NCBI GenBank assembly: GCA_963169225.1
Contig: CAUJDH010000005.1
Coordinates: forward strand, 1-61,178
Length of the DNA: 61,178 nucleotides
Origin: Actinomycetota bacterium
Lineage (GTDB): Bacteria > Actinomycetota > Actinomycetes > S36-B12 > UBA10799
Reading direction: 5' to 3'
Part shown: in pieces, positions 17,651 through 26,415 of the stretch
Layout of the letters: the number at the start of each line of letters is the position of its first letter
Position numbering within the stretch: position 1 is the first letter of the stretch
The notes under the pieces: generated by a model
What the model was told of the DNA's origin: nothing
The model's input: the letters and a program-made list of their open reading frames with translations, nothing else
Database searches by the model: none
Position numbers and translations under genes: made by a program

Positions 17651-18604
17651 ATGAGTAGCGTTAATGACAGTTCTGATGCCCAAACCGTGCAAGGTGCCGC
17701 CTCTGGACTCGGCCTGGCCACTTATTTTGGTGACGAAATCCTCGACGTTTGGTACCCGTCGCCGTCATTGAGCACCGAACCCAATGACGTGGCTGATTTG
17801 AGCGCAGCAATTGGCCACGACGACATCCGAGGCGTCCGCATCGAGACCGTTCGTACGGTGATCGACGACCTCCAGGCACCACCTGCAAATGTTGCCGACG
17901 CTTACCTGCGACTCCACTTACTGTCACATCGCTTGGTTCGACCGCACTCAATCAACTTGGATGGCCTCTTTGGTGTCCTGCCGAACGTAGCCTGGAGTGA
18001 CTTGGGTCCAATCGCGATCAGCGAGGTTCCAGCAGCCAAACTGCGCGCCGCCGCTAAAGGTCGCACTATCGTGGTGCTCGGGGTCGACAAATTCCCTCGC
18101 ATGATCGATTACGTCGTACCTTCCGGTGTTCGGATCGCGGATGCTGACCGCGTTCGTTTGGGTGCCCACTTAGCCGAAGGCACCACCGTCATGCACGAAG
18201 GCTTCTGCAACTTCAATGCCGGGACTTTGGGCGCATCGATGGTTGAAGGTCGAATCTCGGCAGGTGTCGTTGTCGGACCCGGCTCGGACATCGGCGGCGG
18301 CGCTTCGATCATGGGAACACTTTCTGGTGGCGGATCCGAGGTCATCTCTGTCGGTTCGAACAGCTTGATCGGCGCCAATGCCGGCATCGGTATTTCGCTC
18401 GGCGACGATTGCATCGTTGAGGCCGGCAGTTACATCACTGCAGGCTCCAAGGTGGCACTTCCCGATGGTGAAGTCGTCAAAGCCAAGGAGCTTTCAGGGG
18501 CTAACGGTTTACTGTTCCGCCGCAACTCGCAGAGTGGTGCACTCGAAGCGAGCCCTCGTTCAGGCGTTTGGGGTGGCCTCAACGAGGCATTGCACGCGAA
18601 CTAG
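17651..18604 (+). CDS. dapD: 2,3,4,5-tetrahydropyridine-2,6-dicarboxylate N-succinyltransferase
   Basis: [49 protein letters not shown], hexapeptide repeats. Start trimmed to 17651. Confidence 0.94.
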   Translation: MSSVNDSSDAQTVQGAASGLGLATYFGDEILDVWYPSPSLSTEPNDVADLSAAIGHDDIRGVRIETVRTVIDDLQAPPANVADAYLRLHLLSHRLVRPHSINLDGLFGVLPNVAWSDLGPIAISEVPAAKLRAAAKGRTIVVLGVDKFPRMIDYVVPSGVRIADADRVRLGAHLAEGTTVMHEGFCNFNAGTLGASMVEGRISAGVVVGPGSDIGGGASIMGTLSGGGSEVISVGSNSLIGANAGIGISLGDDCIVEAGSYITAGSKVALPDGEVVKAKELSGANGLLFRRNSQSGALEASPRSGVWGGLNEALHAN

Positions 18605-18620
18605 AAGTAAACAAGTACCA

Positions 18621-19166
18621 CTAGGTGGTATGCGTTTCAAACCCAGTTTCGCTGAAGATACTAATGACCTCGACCGCGCGACGGCCCTCCGCGAACAGGG
18701 CATGCGGTACGCGGGTATCAAACTCGGCCGCTTCGCCCGGACCCAATACAAGATCTTGGTTCCCTAAAATCAACCTAAGGCGTCCGCTGACAACATAGAG
18801 CCATTCGTAACCGTCGTGGACTTTGAGATCGGGGATCTTTTTGACCGGAAGAAATTTAATCTTGTAAGTCTTCACAGAAGACCCTTCGGGTGCAAGCGGC
18901 GTAACCTTCATATCCCCCAGGTCTTGCATCGGACGACTGATTCGAGGATCAGGAACGTCATAGGTCAATAAATCGTCGATCCGAACACCAAGGTTGCGAG
19001 TGAGCGGAACAAGGAGCTCAAGGTTGGCTTGTCGCTTGCCAGACTCCAGGCGAGACAAGGTACTGGTCGACATACCTGACCGAGTGGCCAACTCATCTAA
19101 AGTCAAACCTTGTTTGATCCGTTCGGCTCGCAATCGCGAACCGACTAGCTTTAACTCATCACGCAT
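18621..19166 (-). CDS. XRE-family HTH regulator with a cupin domain
   Basis: LTLDELATRSGMSTSTLSRLESGKRQ; HDGYEWLYVVSG ... FDTRVPH. Confidence 0.92.
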   Translation of the reverse strand: MRDELKLVGSRLRAERIKQGLTLDELATRSGMSTSTLSRLESGKRQANLELLVPLTRNLGVRIDDLLTYDVPDPRISRPMQDLGDMKVTPLAPEGSSVKTYKIKFLPVKKIPDLKVHDGYEWLYVVSGRLRLILGNQDLVLGPGEAAEFDTRVPHALFAEGRRAVEVISIFSETGFETHTT

Positions 19167-19196
19167 ACTTGCTATTTTAGCAAAATTACTTGCTAT
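19166..19196. promoter_or_regulatory. Candidate operator for the XRE regulator
   Basis: Inverted repeat TTGCTA-TTT-TAGCAA (19169-19183) and direct repeat TACTTGCTAT at 19166 and 19187 (21-bp period), overlapping the XRE -10 TAAAAT. Confidence 0.6.
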
Positions 19197-19225
19197 ATCA
19201 TTCGAGCCCGTCCAATACTCGATTT

Positions 19226-20179
19226 ATGACTCAATGGGATGTAGTGATCGTCGGAGCTGGACCAGCCGGTTTAAGTGCAGCATTGATGCTGGGGCGCTCG
19301 AAGCGAAAGGTGCTAATAGTCGATTCGGGTTTGCCACGAAATCGATTCGCCAACCATATGCACGGCGTATTGGGATACGAGGGAGAAAGCCCGCAAACCT
19401 TGCTAGAAAAAGGCCGACAAGAAGTGGCCGACTACGGAGTAGAGATCGAGTCTGGCGAGATCACGGAAGTCCGTGAACTAACGACTCCAGCCGACGAGGA
19501 GGAATCAGTAGACCAGCTTCAGGTGTCACTCGCAGATGGAACCGTCACGACCACACGTATGCTCATCGTCGCCTCGGGACTGAATGATCGATTGCTTGAT
19601 ATACCGGGTCTAGCAGCACATTGGGGCACAACGGTTCTTCATTGCCCTTACTGTCACGGCTGGGAAGTACGCGACAAGAAGCTAGCGGTTCTCGGTGAAT
19701 CTGTCATGAACCTCCACCAGGCTCAGTTGATTCGACAGTTGAGTGACAATGTCACCTTGTTCACTAATGGCGTCGACTTCATTGACGATGCCGCCCGAGC
19801 ACGACTCGAATCTCGAAATATCAGAATCGTCTCCGAGCCCGTTGCTGAAGTGCTCGGAGACGGTGACCAAGTAACTGAGATCAAGCTATCCAACGGCAAA
19901 GTCATCGAGGTGGATGCGATCTTCACTGGAGGCATGCCCGAATACCGTGACGAATTCCTAGCATCGCTAGACCTCGAGCGAGAAGAAACACCAATGGGCA
20001 ATGTTCTCAAAGTCGACCAACTAGGCAAAACAAGTCATCCACGAATCTTCGCGGTAGGCAACGTCAACGCACATCACGTGAATGTTCCTCTGGCTATCGG
20101 CCTGGGGTCATTCGCAGGCGCGGGGACCAACGCAGCATTAGTCACCGAAGAATTCGACCTCGCGGAAGCTAGCGGTTGA
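19226..20179 (+). CDS. TrxB-like NAD(P)/FAD-dependent oxidoreductase
   Basis: DVVIVGAGPAGLSAA, HCPYCHGWE, IFAVGN. Start trimmed to ATG 19226. Confidence 0.9.
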   Translation: MTQWDVVIVGAGPAGLSAALMLGRSKRKVLIVDSGLPRNRFANHMHGVLGYEGESPQTLLEKGRQEVADYGVEIESGEITEVRELTTPADEEESVDQLQVSLADGTVTTTRMLIVASGLNDRLLDIPGLAAHWGTTVLHCPYCHGWEVRDKKLAVLGESVMNLHQAQLIRQLSDNVTLFTNGVDFIDDAARARLESRNIRIVSEPVAEVLGDGDQVTEIKLSNGKVIEVDAIFTGGMPEYRDEFLASLDLEREETPMGNVLKVDQLGKTSHPRIFAVGNVNAHHVNVPLAIGLGSFAGAGTNAALVTEEFDLAEASG

Positions 20180-20201
20180 TAGAGCGGAAGCCAATCAGCC
20201 G

Positions 20202-21515
20202 CTAACGGTCCTCGAGTGGGACGTAATCGCGTTCATCTGAGCCAATGTAGATCTGGCGCGGGCGGCCGATCTTGGTGGCAGGATCCGAGATCATCTCGCG
20301 CCATTGAGCGATCCAGCCAGGTAGACGCCCCAAGGCGAATAGCACCGGGAACATGCGTGTGGGGAATCCCATCGCCCGGTAGATCAAACCGGTGTAAAAG
20401 TCAACGTTCGGGTAGAGCTTGCGCTCGATGAAAAACTCGTCATTGAGCGCTACTTCTTCAAGCCGCAAAGCAATGTCGAACAACGGGTCGTCAATCTGCA
20501 ACCGCTCAAACACATCGTCTGCCACTTGCTTAATGATCTTGGCTCGCGGATCGTAGTTCTTGTAGACACGATGCCCAAAGCCCATGAGTCGCACGCCATC
20601 TTCGCGGTTCTTGACCCGCTCGACAAAGGCATCCACACCTTCGCCGGACTCGTGGATCTCCTCCAACATCTCAAGCACAGCTTGATTGGCACCGCCATGA
20701 AGCGGACCGAACAGCGCATTGACTCCCGCAGAAACCGAGGCAAACAGATTGGCTTGAGCTGAACCAACCATACGAACCGTCGACGTGGAACAGTTCTGTT
20801 CGTGATCCGCATGCAAGATCAACAAGACATCGAGAGCATGGGCAATCACCGGATCAACCTCGTAGGGTTCAGCCGGCCATCCGAAGGTCATCCGAAGGAA
20901 GTCGTCAACCAAGTTCAGGCCGTTATCTGGGTATTGCATCGGCTCGCCTCGCGATTTGCGCAATGCGTAAGCGGCAATAGTTGGCACCTTCGCTAACAAA
21001 CGAATTGTCGATATCTCGACCTGGTGCTCGTCGAAGGGATCCAACGAATCCTGATAGAACGTCGAGAGCGCACTCACTGCACTCGACAAGACGGCCATTG
21101 GATGCGCATCGGAGGGGAAACCGTCAAAGAAATTCTTGAGGTCCTCATGCAGGATCGTGTGCCGGTTGATCGTGTTGTTGAACTCCGTCAGTTCAGCTTC
21201 ACTTGGCAGGTGACCGTAGATCAACAGGAACGACACTTCTACGAAGCTGGACTCCTCTGCCAGTTGCTCGATCGGATAACCGCGGTAACGCAGGATGCCT
21301 GCGTCACCGTCGATAAATGTGATGGCAGATTCACACGAGGCCGTGTTGACGAAGCCCGTGTCGAGCGTAACCGTGCCGGTAGTAGCCAGTAGCTTTGCGA
21401 TGTTGAGGCCATCGTTGCCGTTGACTGCTGGAACAACTGGAAGTGTCAATTCGTCGGCGCCGTAAATCAGTCGGGCATCTAGCTTGGACGAGTTAGGAAT
21501 GTCGGAGTCTGCCAT
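20202..21515 (-). CDS. gltA: Citrate synthase (type II)
   Basis: DGDAGILRYRGYPIEQL, HADHEQNCSTS, GPLHGGAN, MGFGHRVYKNYDPRA, YPNVDFY. Confidence 0.97.
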   Translation of the reverse strand: MADSDIPNSSKLDARLIYGADELTLPVVPAVNGNDGLNIAKLLATTGTVTLDTGFVNTASCESAITFIDGDAGILRYRGYPIEQLAEESSFVEVSFLLIYGHLPSEAELTEFNNTINRHTILHEDLKNFFDGFPSDAHPMAVLSSAVSALSTFYQDSLDPFDEHQVEISTIRLLAKVPTIAAYALRKSRGEPMQYPDNGLNLVDDFLRMTFGWPAEPYEVDPVIAHALDVLLILHADHEQNCSTSTVRMVGSAQANLFASVSAGVNALFGPLHGGANQAVLEMLEEIHESGEGVDAFVERVKNREDGVRLMGFGHRVYKNYDPRAKIIKQVADDVFERLQIDDPLFDIALRLEEVALNDEFFIERKLYPNVDFYTGLIYRAMGFPTRMFPVLFALGRLPGWIAQWREMISDPATKIGRPRQIYIGSDERDYVPLEDR

Positions 21516-21541
21516 GCCCCAAAACTACCGAGAAGCGGGCG

Positions 21542-22624
21542 CTATCGCAGGCGACGGGTCACCTGTTCGACCGCCTCGTCACTGGCAGTCATGGCGACTC
21601 GAACGTGATTGGTTCCGCGCGGCCCATAAAACTCCCCAGGTGCCACGACAATTCCGCGATCGGCAAGCCAAGCGAGCGTGTCCCAGCAGGACTCGTCGCG
21701 TGTTGCCCAGAGGTAAAGTCCGGCCGCTGACTCATCGATCCGGAAGCCCGCGCTCTCGAGTGCTTCCTTGAGCTGTGAGCGGCGCGCTGCATAACGCTCG
21801 CGCTGCACCTCGACGTGCGAGTTGTCGCGCAAAGCGGCTACACCGGCTGCTTGTACCGGACTTGGAACCATGAACCCACTGTGTTTACGAATCTCAAGCA
21901 ATTGAGCGACCAATGCAGAGTCGCCAGTTACGAACCCCAGCCGGTATCCCGCCAAATTCGAGCGCTTTGAAAGCGAATGAACAGCGAGCAAGTTAGTGAA
22001 GTCACCATCGCACACATCGGGATGCAAAATCGAAATCGGCTTCTCATCCCATCCTAGATCGATATAGCACTCGTCACTGGCAACAATCACTCCACGCTCA
22101 CGCGCCCACGAAACCACTTTGCGCAAATGGTCAATCGGCAACACCTTGCCCGTAGGGTTCGACGGAGTATTGATCCATAACAGTTTCGGCGTGACCGGCC
22201 CCAACTGTGTCAACGAATCCGCACGCACGGGTGTGGCACCGGCTAGTAGCGCACCGACCTCATACGTTGGGTAGGCAACCTCGGGAATAGCAACGGTATC
22301 GCCCGCACCAAGACCCAAGAAACCAGGCAAACCAGCAACAAACTCTTTGGACCCGATCGTGGGAAGAATCGACTCAGCATCGACGCCGAGAACGCCATGG
22401 GTATTAGCCAACCAATCGCGTGCCGCCTCGCGAAGTTCTACAGTGCCGTGAGTCGTCGGATACCCCGGCGTATCGGTGTGTTCACGCAGCGCTGCTTGAA
22501 TCAACTCTGGCACCGGATCGACGGGAGTTCCGATCGCAAGATCGCAGACCCCGTCGGGGTACTCAGCGGCAGTCGACCTAAAAGGTCCGAGCTTGTCCCA
22601 CGGGAAGTCAGGCAGCTGTGGCAT
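21542..22624 (-). CDS. dapC: Succinyldiaminopimelate transaminase
   Basis: LPDFPWDKL, GTPVDPVP, NTPSNPTG, SDECY, SLSKRSNLAGYR. Follows ferredoxin, as in actinobacteria. Confidence 0.92.
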   Translation of the reverse strand: MPQLPDFPWDKLGPFRSTAAEYPDGVCDLAIGTPVDPVPELIQAALREHTDTPGYPTTHGTVELREAARDWLANTHGVLGVDAESILPTIGSKEFVAGLPGFLGLGAGDTVAIPEVAYPTYEVGALLAGATPVRADSLTQLGPVTPKLLWINTPSNPTGKVLPIDHLRKVVSWARERGVIVASDECYIDLGWDEKPISILHPDVCDGDFTNLLAVHSLSKRSNLAGYRLGFVTGDSALVAQLLEIRKHSGFMVPSPVQAAGVAALRDNSHVEVQRERYAARRSQLKEALESAGFRIDESAAGLYLWATRDESCWDTLAWLADRGIVVAPGEFYGPRGTNHVRVAMTASDEAVEQVTRRLR

Positions 22625-22651
22625 CAGATTGCGGCACCTACAAGAGGTGAC

Positions 22652-22984
22652 TTACTCGTCGTGCTCTTGCGGAGGAAGCGCGGCGACAAGCGCGGCGTCA
22701 TGATTGATCAGACCGAGCTTAGCGGCGCCACCTGGCGAACCAAGACCATCGAAGTCGAAGAACTCGGCATTGGCTGGTGTGTAGTCACGCCATTCTTCGG
22801 GCACATCATCCTCATAGAAGATGGCTTCGACCGGGCAAACCGGCTCACAAGCACCACAGTCGACACATTCGTCAGGGTGGATGTACAGCATGCGGTCACC
22901 CTCGTAGATGCAATCTACAGGGCACTCTTCGATGCAGGCTTTATCTTTAAGATCAACACACGGGAGGGCGATTGTGTATGTCAT
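22652..22984 (-). CDS. fdxA: 7Fe ferredoxin
   Basis: MTYTIALPCVDLKDKACIEECPVDCIYEG ... CVDCGACEPVCP. Confidence 0.96.
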   Translation of the reverse strand: MTYTIALPCVDLKDKACIEECPVDCIYEGDRMLYIHPDECVDCGACEPVCPVEAIFYEDDVPEEWRDYTPANAEFFDFDGLGSPGGAAKLGLINHDAALVAALPPQEHDE

Positions 22985-22993
22985 GCGTCTATT

Positions 22994-24676
22994 CTACCCA
23001 CCCACGCACTTCGTCGGTGCTGCCGGAATGTAGTGCGTGAAGAACGAGTCCACCTTTTTGTCTCCGCCAGTCTTGATAACGCGGTCAACTTTGATGTCGA
23101 AACCGGGAGAACCCTCTTGCGGCACACAATTCGTGGAGTTGTCGACTTGAGCCGGAGCATTCGTAATGTTCTTCTTGTCGCCACTTACGGCCTTGATCGA
23201 GTCAAAGTTCTTGTGGCCCCAAATCGATACTTCGACTGAAGTTTGCTTCATATCGGTCGTGATCAGAATCGGGTGTCCCGTATTGTTCTTGAACTTGAGG
23301 TCCAATTGTCCCCAAGCCACAGTCGCCTCTAGGCCTGGCTGGTAGCGCGGGATCCAGATCAAGTGGGCACCTTGCTCCACCTTCTCTAGCCCACCGTAGA
23401 ACGCAGCCACCCATACAGCTGTGGTGGCTGTCGAAACACCACCGCCGAGCTCTTCTTTGAGCCTGCCACCCTCTGCAACGACTGGCCCCTTGGTGAATCC
23501 GCGCTCCTCGGTGCGCTCGCCGACAATGTCGTTCATCGAGAAGATCTCATCGGGCATCAACAGGGTGTTGTTGACGCGCTTGGAAGCTTGACCGATGTTC
23601 TGGAATCGGTATTCCGCGTAAGGGAATTCTTGCTTGAACGAGGAGACTTTCTCTTTGATATCGAGCGCTTGAGCTTGCTCGGTAGTCATGCTGGGCGTCA
23701 AAGGTTCGGTTGCCAGTGTGGCTTTGCGCTGATCCCCTGATCCCAAGGCTGCAGAGCCGAGAGCAGATTGCAACTGATCGTCAGGAACGCCCTTGCCATT
23801 GACCGACGCCACAACTACTGGTGTGCCGGAGCTGACATCCCACTTGGCATCCACAGGTCGCTGGTCAACATCGGCTAACTCTTTGCCCATCTTCTTGCGA
23901 AAAACGCCAAGATCGAACTCGGGCTTGAGCTCACCGTCTTGCACCTTGAACTGCAACGAACTGGCGATCACTTCCGGACTCACTGTCGAGGAACGGTTGT
24001 CGATGTTCAAATCGATCGGCGCTGAAACAGCTTGGGAGGCCGTTCCTTGCGCAAACTGGTCAACCTGTTCCCGAGACACGCTCGGTTCTTCGACATGCGC
24101 AGACAACTCGACTTGGTTGGAACCTTCGGACATCGCTTTGGCAATCCCGACTGCAAGGTCTTCTGTGGAGATCGACTTTCCTGCTTGTCCTGGTACAACT
24201 TCTGGAGTGGTTCCGGTGTACTTGATTCGTGGTTCTACTTTTGGAGTTACTCCCGCCAAATGAGCCGAGGCAAACCAACGACCAAGGGTCTCTTGGTTAA
24301 TCGTCAGGACTGGGCTTTGTTCGCCAGCCCCAAACCATGTGCGCCACACATTGGAGGGTGAAAACCTGGGGCCAACCGCTTCGTCAATCGTGACTTCAGA
24401 GTCAATCGTGACTCCCAAGTCCTGCGGGTGGACCCACGTGTCGGTTCCGTCAATCGATACCTTGATCTTCTTCTTGGCGCGAGCCTCTTGAACTTGATCA
24501 AGCGCAATCTTGGCTTGGTCTTCGCTCAGTCCGCCAATCGCTGTACCGGCAACTGTTGTGCCACGCGGAATCGAGCTGGATCCGAGCAAAGCGAAAGCAG
24601 CGAACATACCAAGGCACCATAAAGCCACAATGGCGAGTACCTTAGTCCACTTATTTTGCTCTAGCAGCTCGTGCAA
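22994..24676 (-). CDS. VanW family membrane-anchored protein with putative peptidoglycan-binding repeats
   Basis: N-terminal TM helix; ELGGGVSTATT, YQPGLEATV, DLKFKNNT. Confidence 0.85.
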   Translation of the reverse strand: MHELLEQNKWTKVLAIVALWCLGMFAAFALLGSSSIPRGTTVAGTAIGGLSEDQAKIALDQVQEARAKKKIKVSIDGTDTWVHPQDLGVTIDSEVTIDEAVGPRFSPSNVWRTWFGAGEQSPVLTINQETLGRWFASAHLAGVTPKVEPRIKYTGTTPEVVPGQAGKSISTEDLAVGIAKAMSEGSNQVELSAHVEEPSVSREQVDQFAQGTASQAVSAPIDLNIDNRSSTVSPEVIASSLQFKVQDGELKPEFDLGVFRKKMGKELADVDQRPVDAKWDVSSGTPVVVASVNGKGVPDDQLQSALGSAALGSGDQRKATLATEPLTPSMTTEQAQALDIKEKVSSFKQEFPYAEYRFQNIGQASKRVNNTLLMPDEIFSMNDIVGERTEERGFTKGPVVAEGGRLKEELGGGVSTATTAVWVAAFYGGLEKVEQGAHLIWIPRYQPGLEATVAWGQLDLKFKNNTGHPILITTDMKQTSVEVSIWGHKNFDSIKAVSGDKKNITNAPAQVDNSTNCVPQEGSPGFDIKVDRVIKTGGDKKVDSFFTHYIPAAPTKCVGG

Positions 24677-24773
24677 TCTGTTCCCCAGCTATCCAACCCA
24701 GCAATCTCAGCGGAAAATTTGCCGCTAAATCTAGGTGCCCCAAAGAGTTGTCTTACCCTTGATTCTATTCCGG

Positions 24774-25403
24774 CTAGGGACGCAAATTGTGGTAGCGGCG
24801 CGCCCAATGAACGAGCGGATTCTGCGTGAGTTCCGCCTCTGATTGGCCGGGTTTTTGCTTGAGTGATTCTGGGTCGGGATTTATACCCACGTTAACGACT
24901 TCGCCAACCACAAGTGTGTGGTCGCCACCGGGGTATTGGGCCCAGGTTCGGAGCTCCAGCCAAGCAATCGCCTCATCAAAAACGATCGCGTTTGTTCGAG
25001 GAGCTCGATGATGGGCGAAACGATCAAACTGGCCATGAAGTGGGCGACCTTTGGTAGCGAACCAGCTCGCGGCAGGCACTTCCCCCTCCGGTAAAACACT
25101 TACGGCCCACCCGTGACCCGCACGCTGGTCAGAACCCGGCGAATCAGGTATGACTGATTCGCCAAAGTTACCCTCGAGGCCGCAAAGTGCATCGTGGAAT
25201 CGGGTATCACACTGCACACTCACCATGGCCAACATAGGATCCAGCGACAGCACGTTGAAAGAGGTAGCGGTCATTGCATGGTCAAAGTCACCTTCACTGG
25301 TGCTCACTACAACTACGCCCGAAGCGAGCAGGGAGGCAACATCGCGCAGGGACTGTTCGGTCAGTGCGCGAGCCGGGTCAGGCGTAACGCCATGCTGACC
25401 CAA
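24774..25403 (-). CDS. Flavin reductase family protein (start uncertain; TTG 25403 just after the mshB stop)
   Basis: SGVVVVST, HAMTATSF, LDPMLAMV, YPGGDHTLVVGEV, PLVHW. Confidence 0.8.
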   Translation of the reverse strand: MGQHGVTPDPARALTEQSLRDVASLLASGVVVVSTSEGDFDHAMTATSFNVLSLDPMLAMVSVQCDTRFHDALCGLEGNFGESVIPDSPGSDQRAGHGWAVSVLPEGEVPAASWFATKGRPLHGQFDRFAHHRAPRTNAIVFDEAIAWLELRTWAQYPGGDHTLVVGEVVNVGINPDPESLKQKPGQSEAELTQNPLVHWARRYHNLRP

Positions 25404-25404
25404 A

Positions 25405-26295
25405 TCAGTCAACGCTGATTCCTGCAAAGAGGTCGGACTCAAAACCGTCGCCGTCTCGCGGGCCGACCTCACCTTGAACCAACTGCAAGTATTCGATCGC
25501 ACCACGATCATTATTGGCCGTAAGCGAGAAGAACCCGTCCTCGAGCGTCATTTGCGTCGGATAGGCCTTCATCGCGACAACCTTTTGCGGATGATATTCG
25601 CGGCTGTCAATGCGAGTGGTGACACTCGAGTCCGGTGTGCCAAACGGGATGTTCTCAGGGTCAATATCAGCCGCCCACATGAGGTCTGTTCCACTCTCTT
25701 TGAGTAGCTCGATTCCCTCGCGGATCACCGAGACCGGCATAGCGCCCCAATAGATCTTCTCGATCTGCCATGGCTCACCTAGTTCGGGACGGAATCCTTG
25801 AGCAGCAGCCAGCTGAGCTCCATACATGGCCACTCGATGCGCTTTGATGTGATCTGGGTGTCCGTAACCACCGAAGTCGTTGTAAGTAATCAACACTTGC
25901 GGACGCTTCTCACGAATCACTGGCACTAGATCGGCTGCAGCCTCAAGTAGGTCGGCTTGCCAGAAGCAATTCTCGCGCTCGTTCGTAGGCTCGCCCATCA
26001 TTCCGCTGTCACGGTATTTGCCATCGGCACCTAGGAACTGCCAATCGGTGACACCAAGGGCGTCCATGGCGTCGCGGAGCTCGCCGATTCGGTACGGACC
26101 GAGTTCGTCATCGTTAGCTGCAGCAAGATGCTCTAACTCAGGTACCAACACCTCTCCCTCTTCGCCGAGTGTGCATGTAACGAGTGACACCTGGGCACCT
26201 TCAGCGGCGTACTTGGCCATGAGCGCGCCTTGGCCGATCGTCTCGTCATCAGGATGGGCGTGCACCAGCAAGAGTCTGCGGTCCGCACTCGACAT
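25405..26295 (-). CDS. mshB: GlcNAc-Ins deacetylase MshB
   Basis: RRLLLVHAHPDDE, CTLGEEGE, YRDSGM, GGYGHPDHIKAH, DLFAGI. AAGGAG RBS precedes ATG 26295. Lies between typA and ferredoxin, as expected. Confidence 0.88.
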   Translation of the reverse strand: MSSADRRLLLVHAHPDDETIGQGALMAKYAAEGAQVSLVTCTLGEEGEVLVPELEHLAAANDDELGPYRIGELRDAMDALGVTDWQFLGADGKYRDSGMMGEPTNERENCFWQADLLEAAADLVPVIREKRPQVLITYNDFGGYGHPDHIKAHRVAMYGAQLAAAQGFRPELGEPWQIEKIYWGAMPVSVIREGIELLKESGTDLMWAADIDPENIPFGTPDSSVTTRIDSREYHPQKVVAMKAYPTQMTLEDGFFSLTANNDRGAIEYLQLVQGEVGPRDGDGFESDLFAGISVD

Positions 26296-26331
26296 GTTTT
26301 CTCCTTGAAACTGGGTTTCGGCTGCGAGCAA

Positions 26332-26358
26332 CAACAATCCAAAACGTAATTGCATTCC
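26332..26358 (-). promoter_or_regulatory. SigR/SigH-type promoter for mshB
   Basis: Minus strand reads GGAAT (26358-26354), 18 nt, GTTG (26335-26332). Confidence 0.72.
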
Positions 26359-26415
26359 GCCTTGGGTAGGCTCTAAGCCATCCTCTTAGCTTAAGCCCAC
26401 CAGGAGTCGCGACCT

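Noticed and set aside
18616-18630. TACCAC-TAG-GTGGTA hairpin between dapD and the XRE gene
   Set aside because: Only a 6-bp stem with no U-tract; too weak to call as a terminator.
22397-23239. 280-aa plus-strand ORF, and similar long antisense ORFs (e.g. 57658-58326, 15505-16107, 52564-53175)
   Set aside because: Shadows of well-supported genes on the other strand, with no recognisable motifs.
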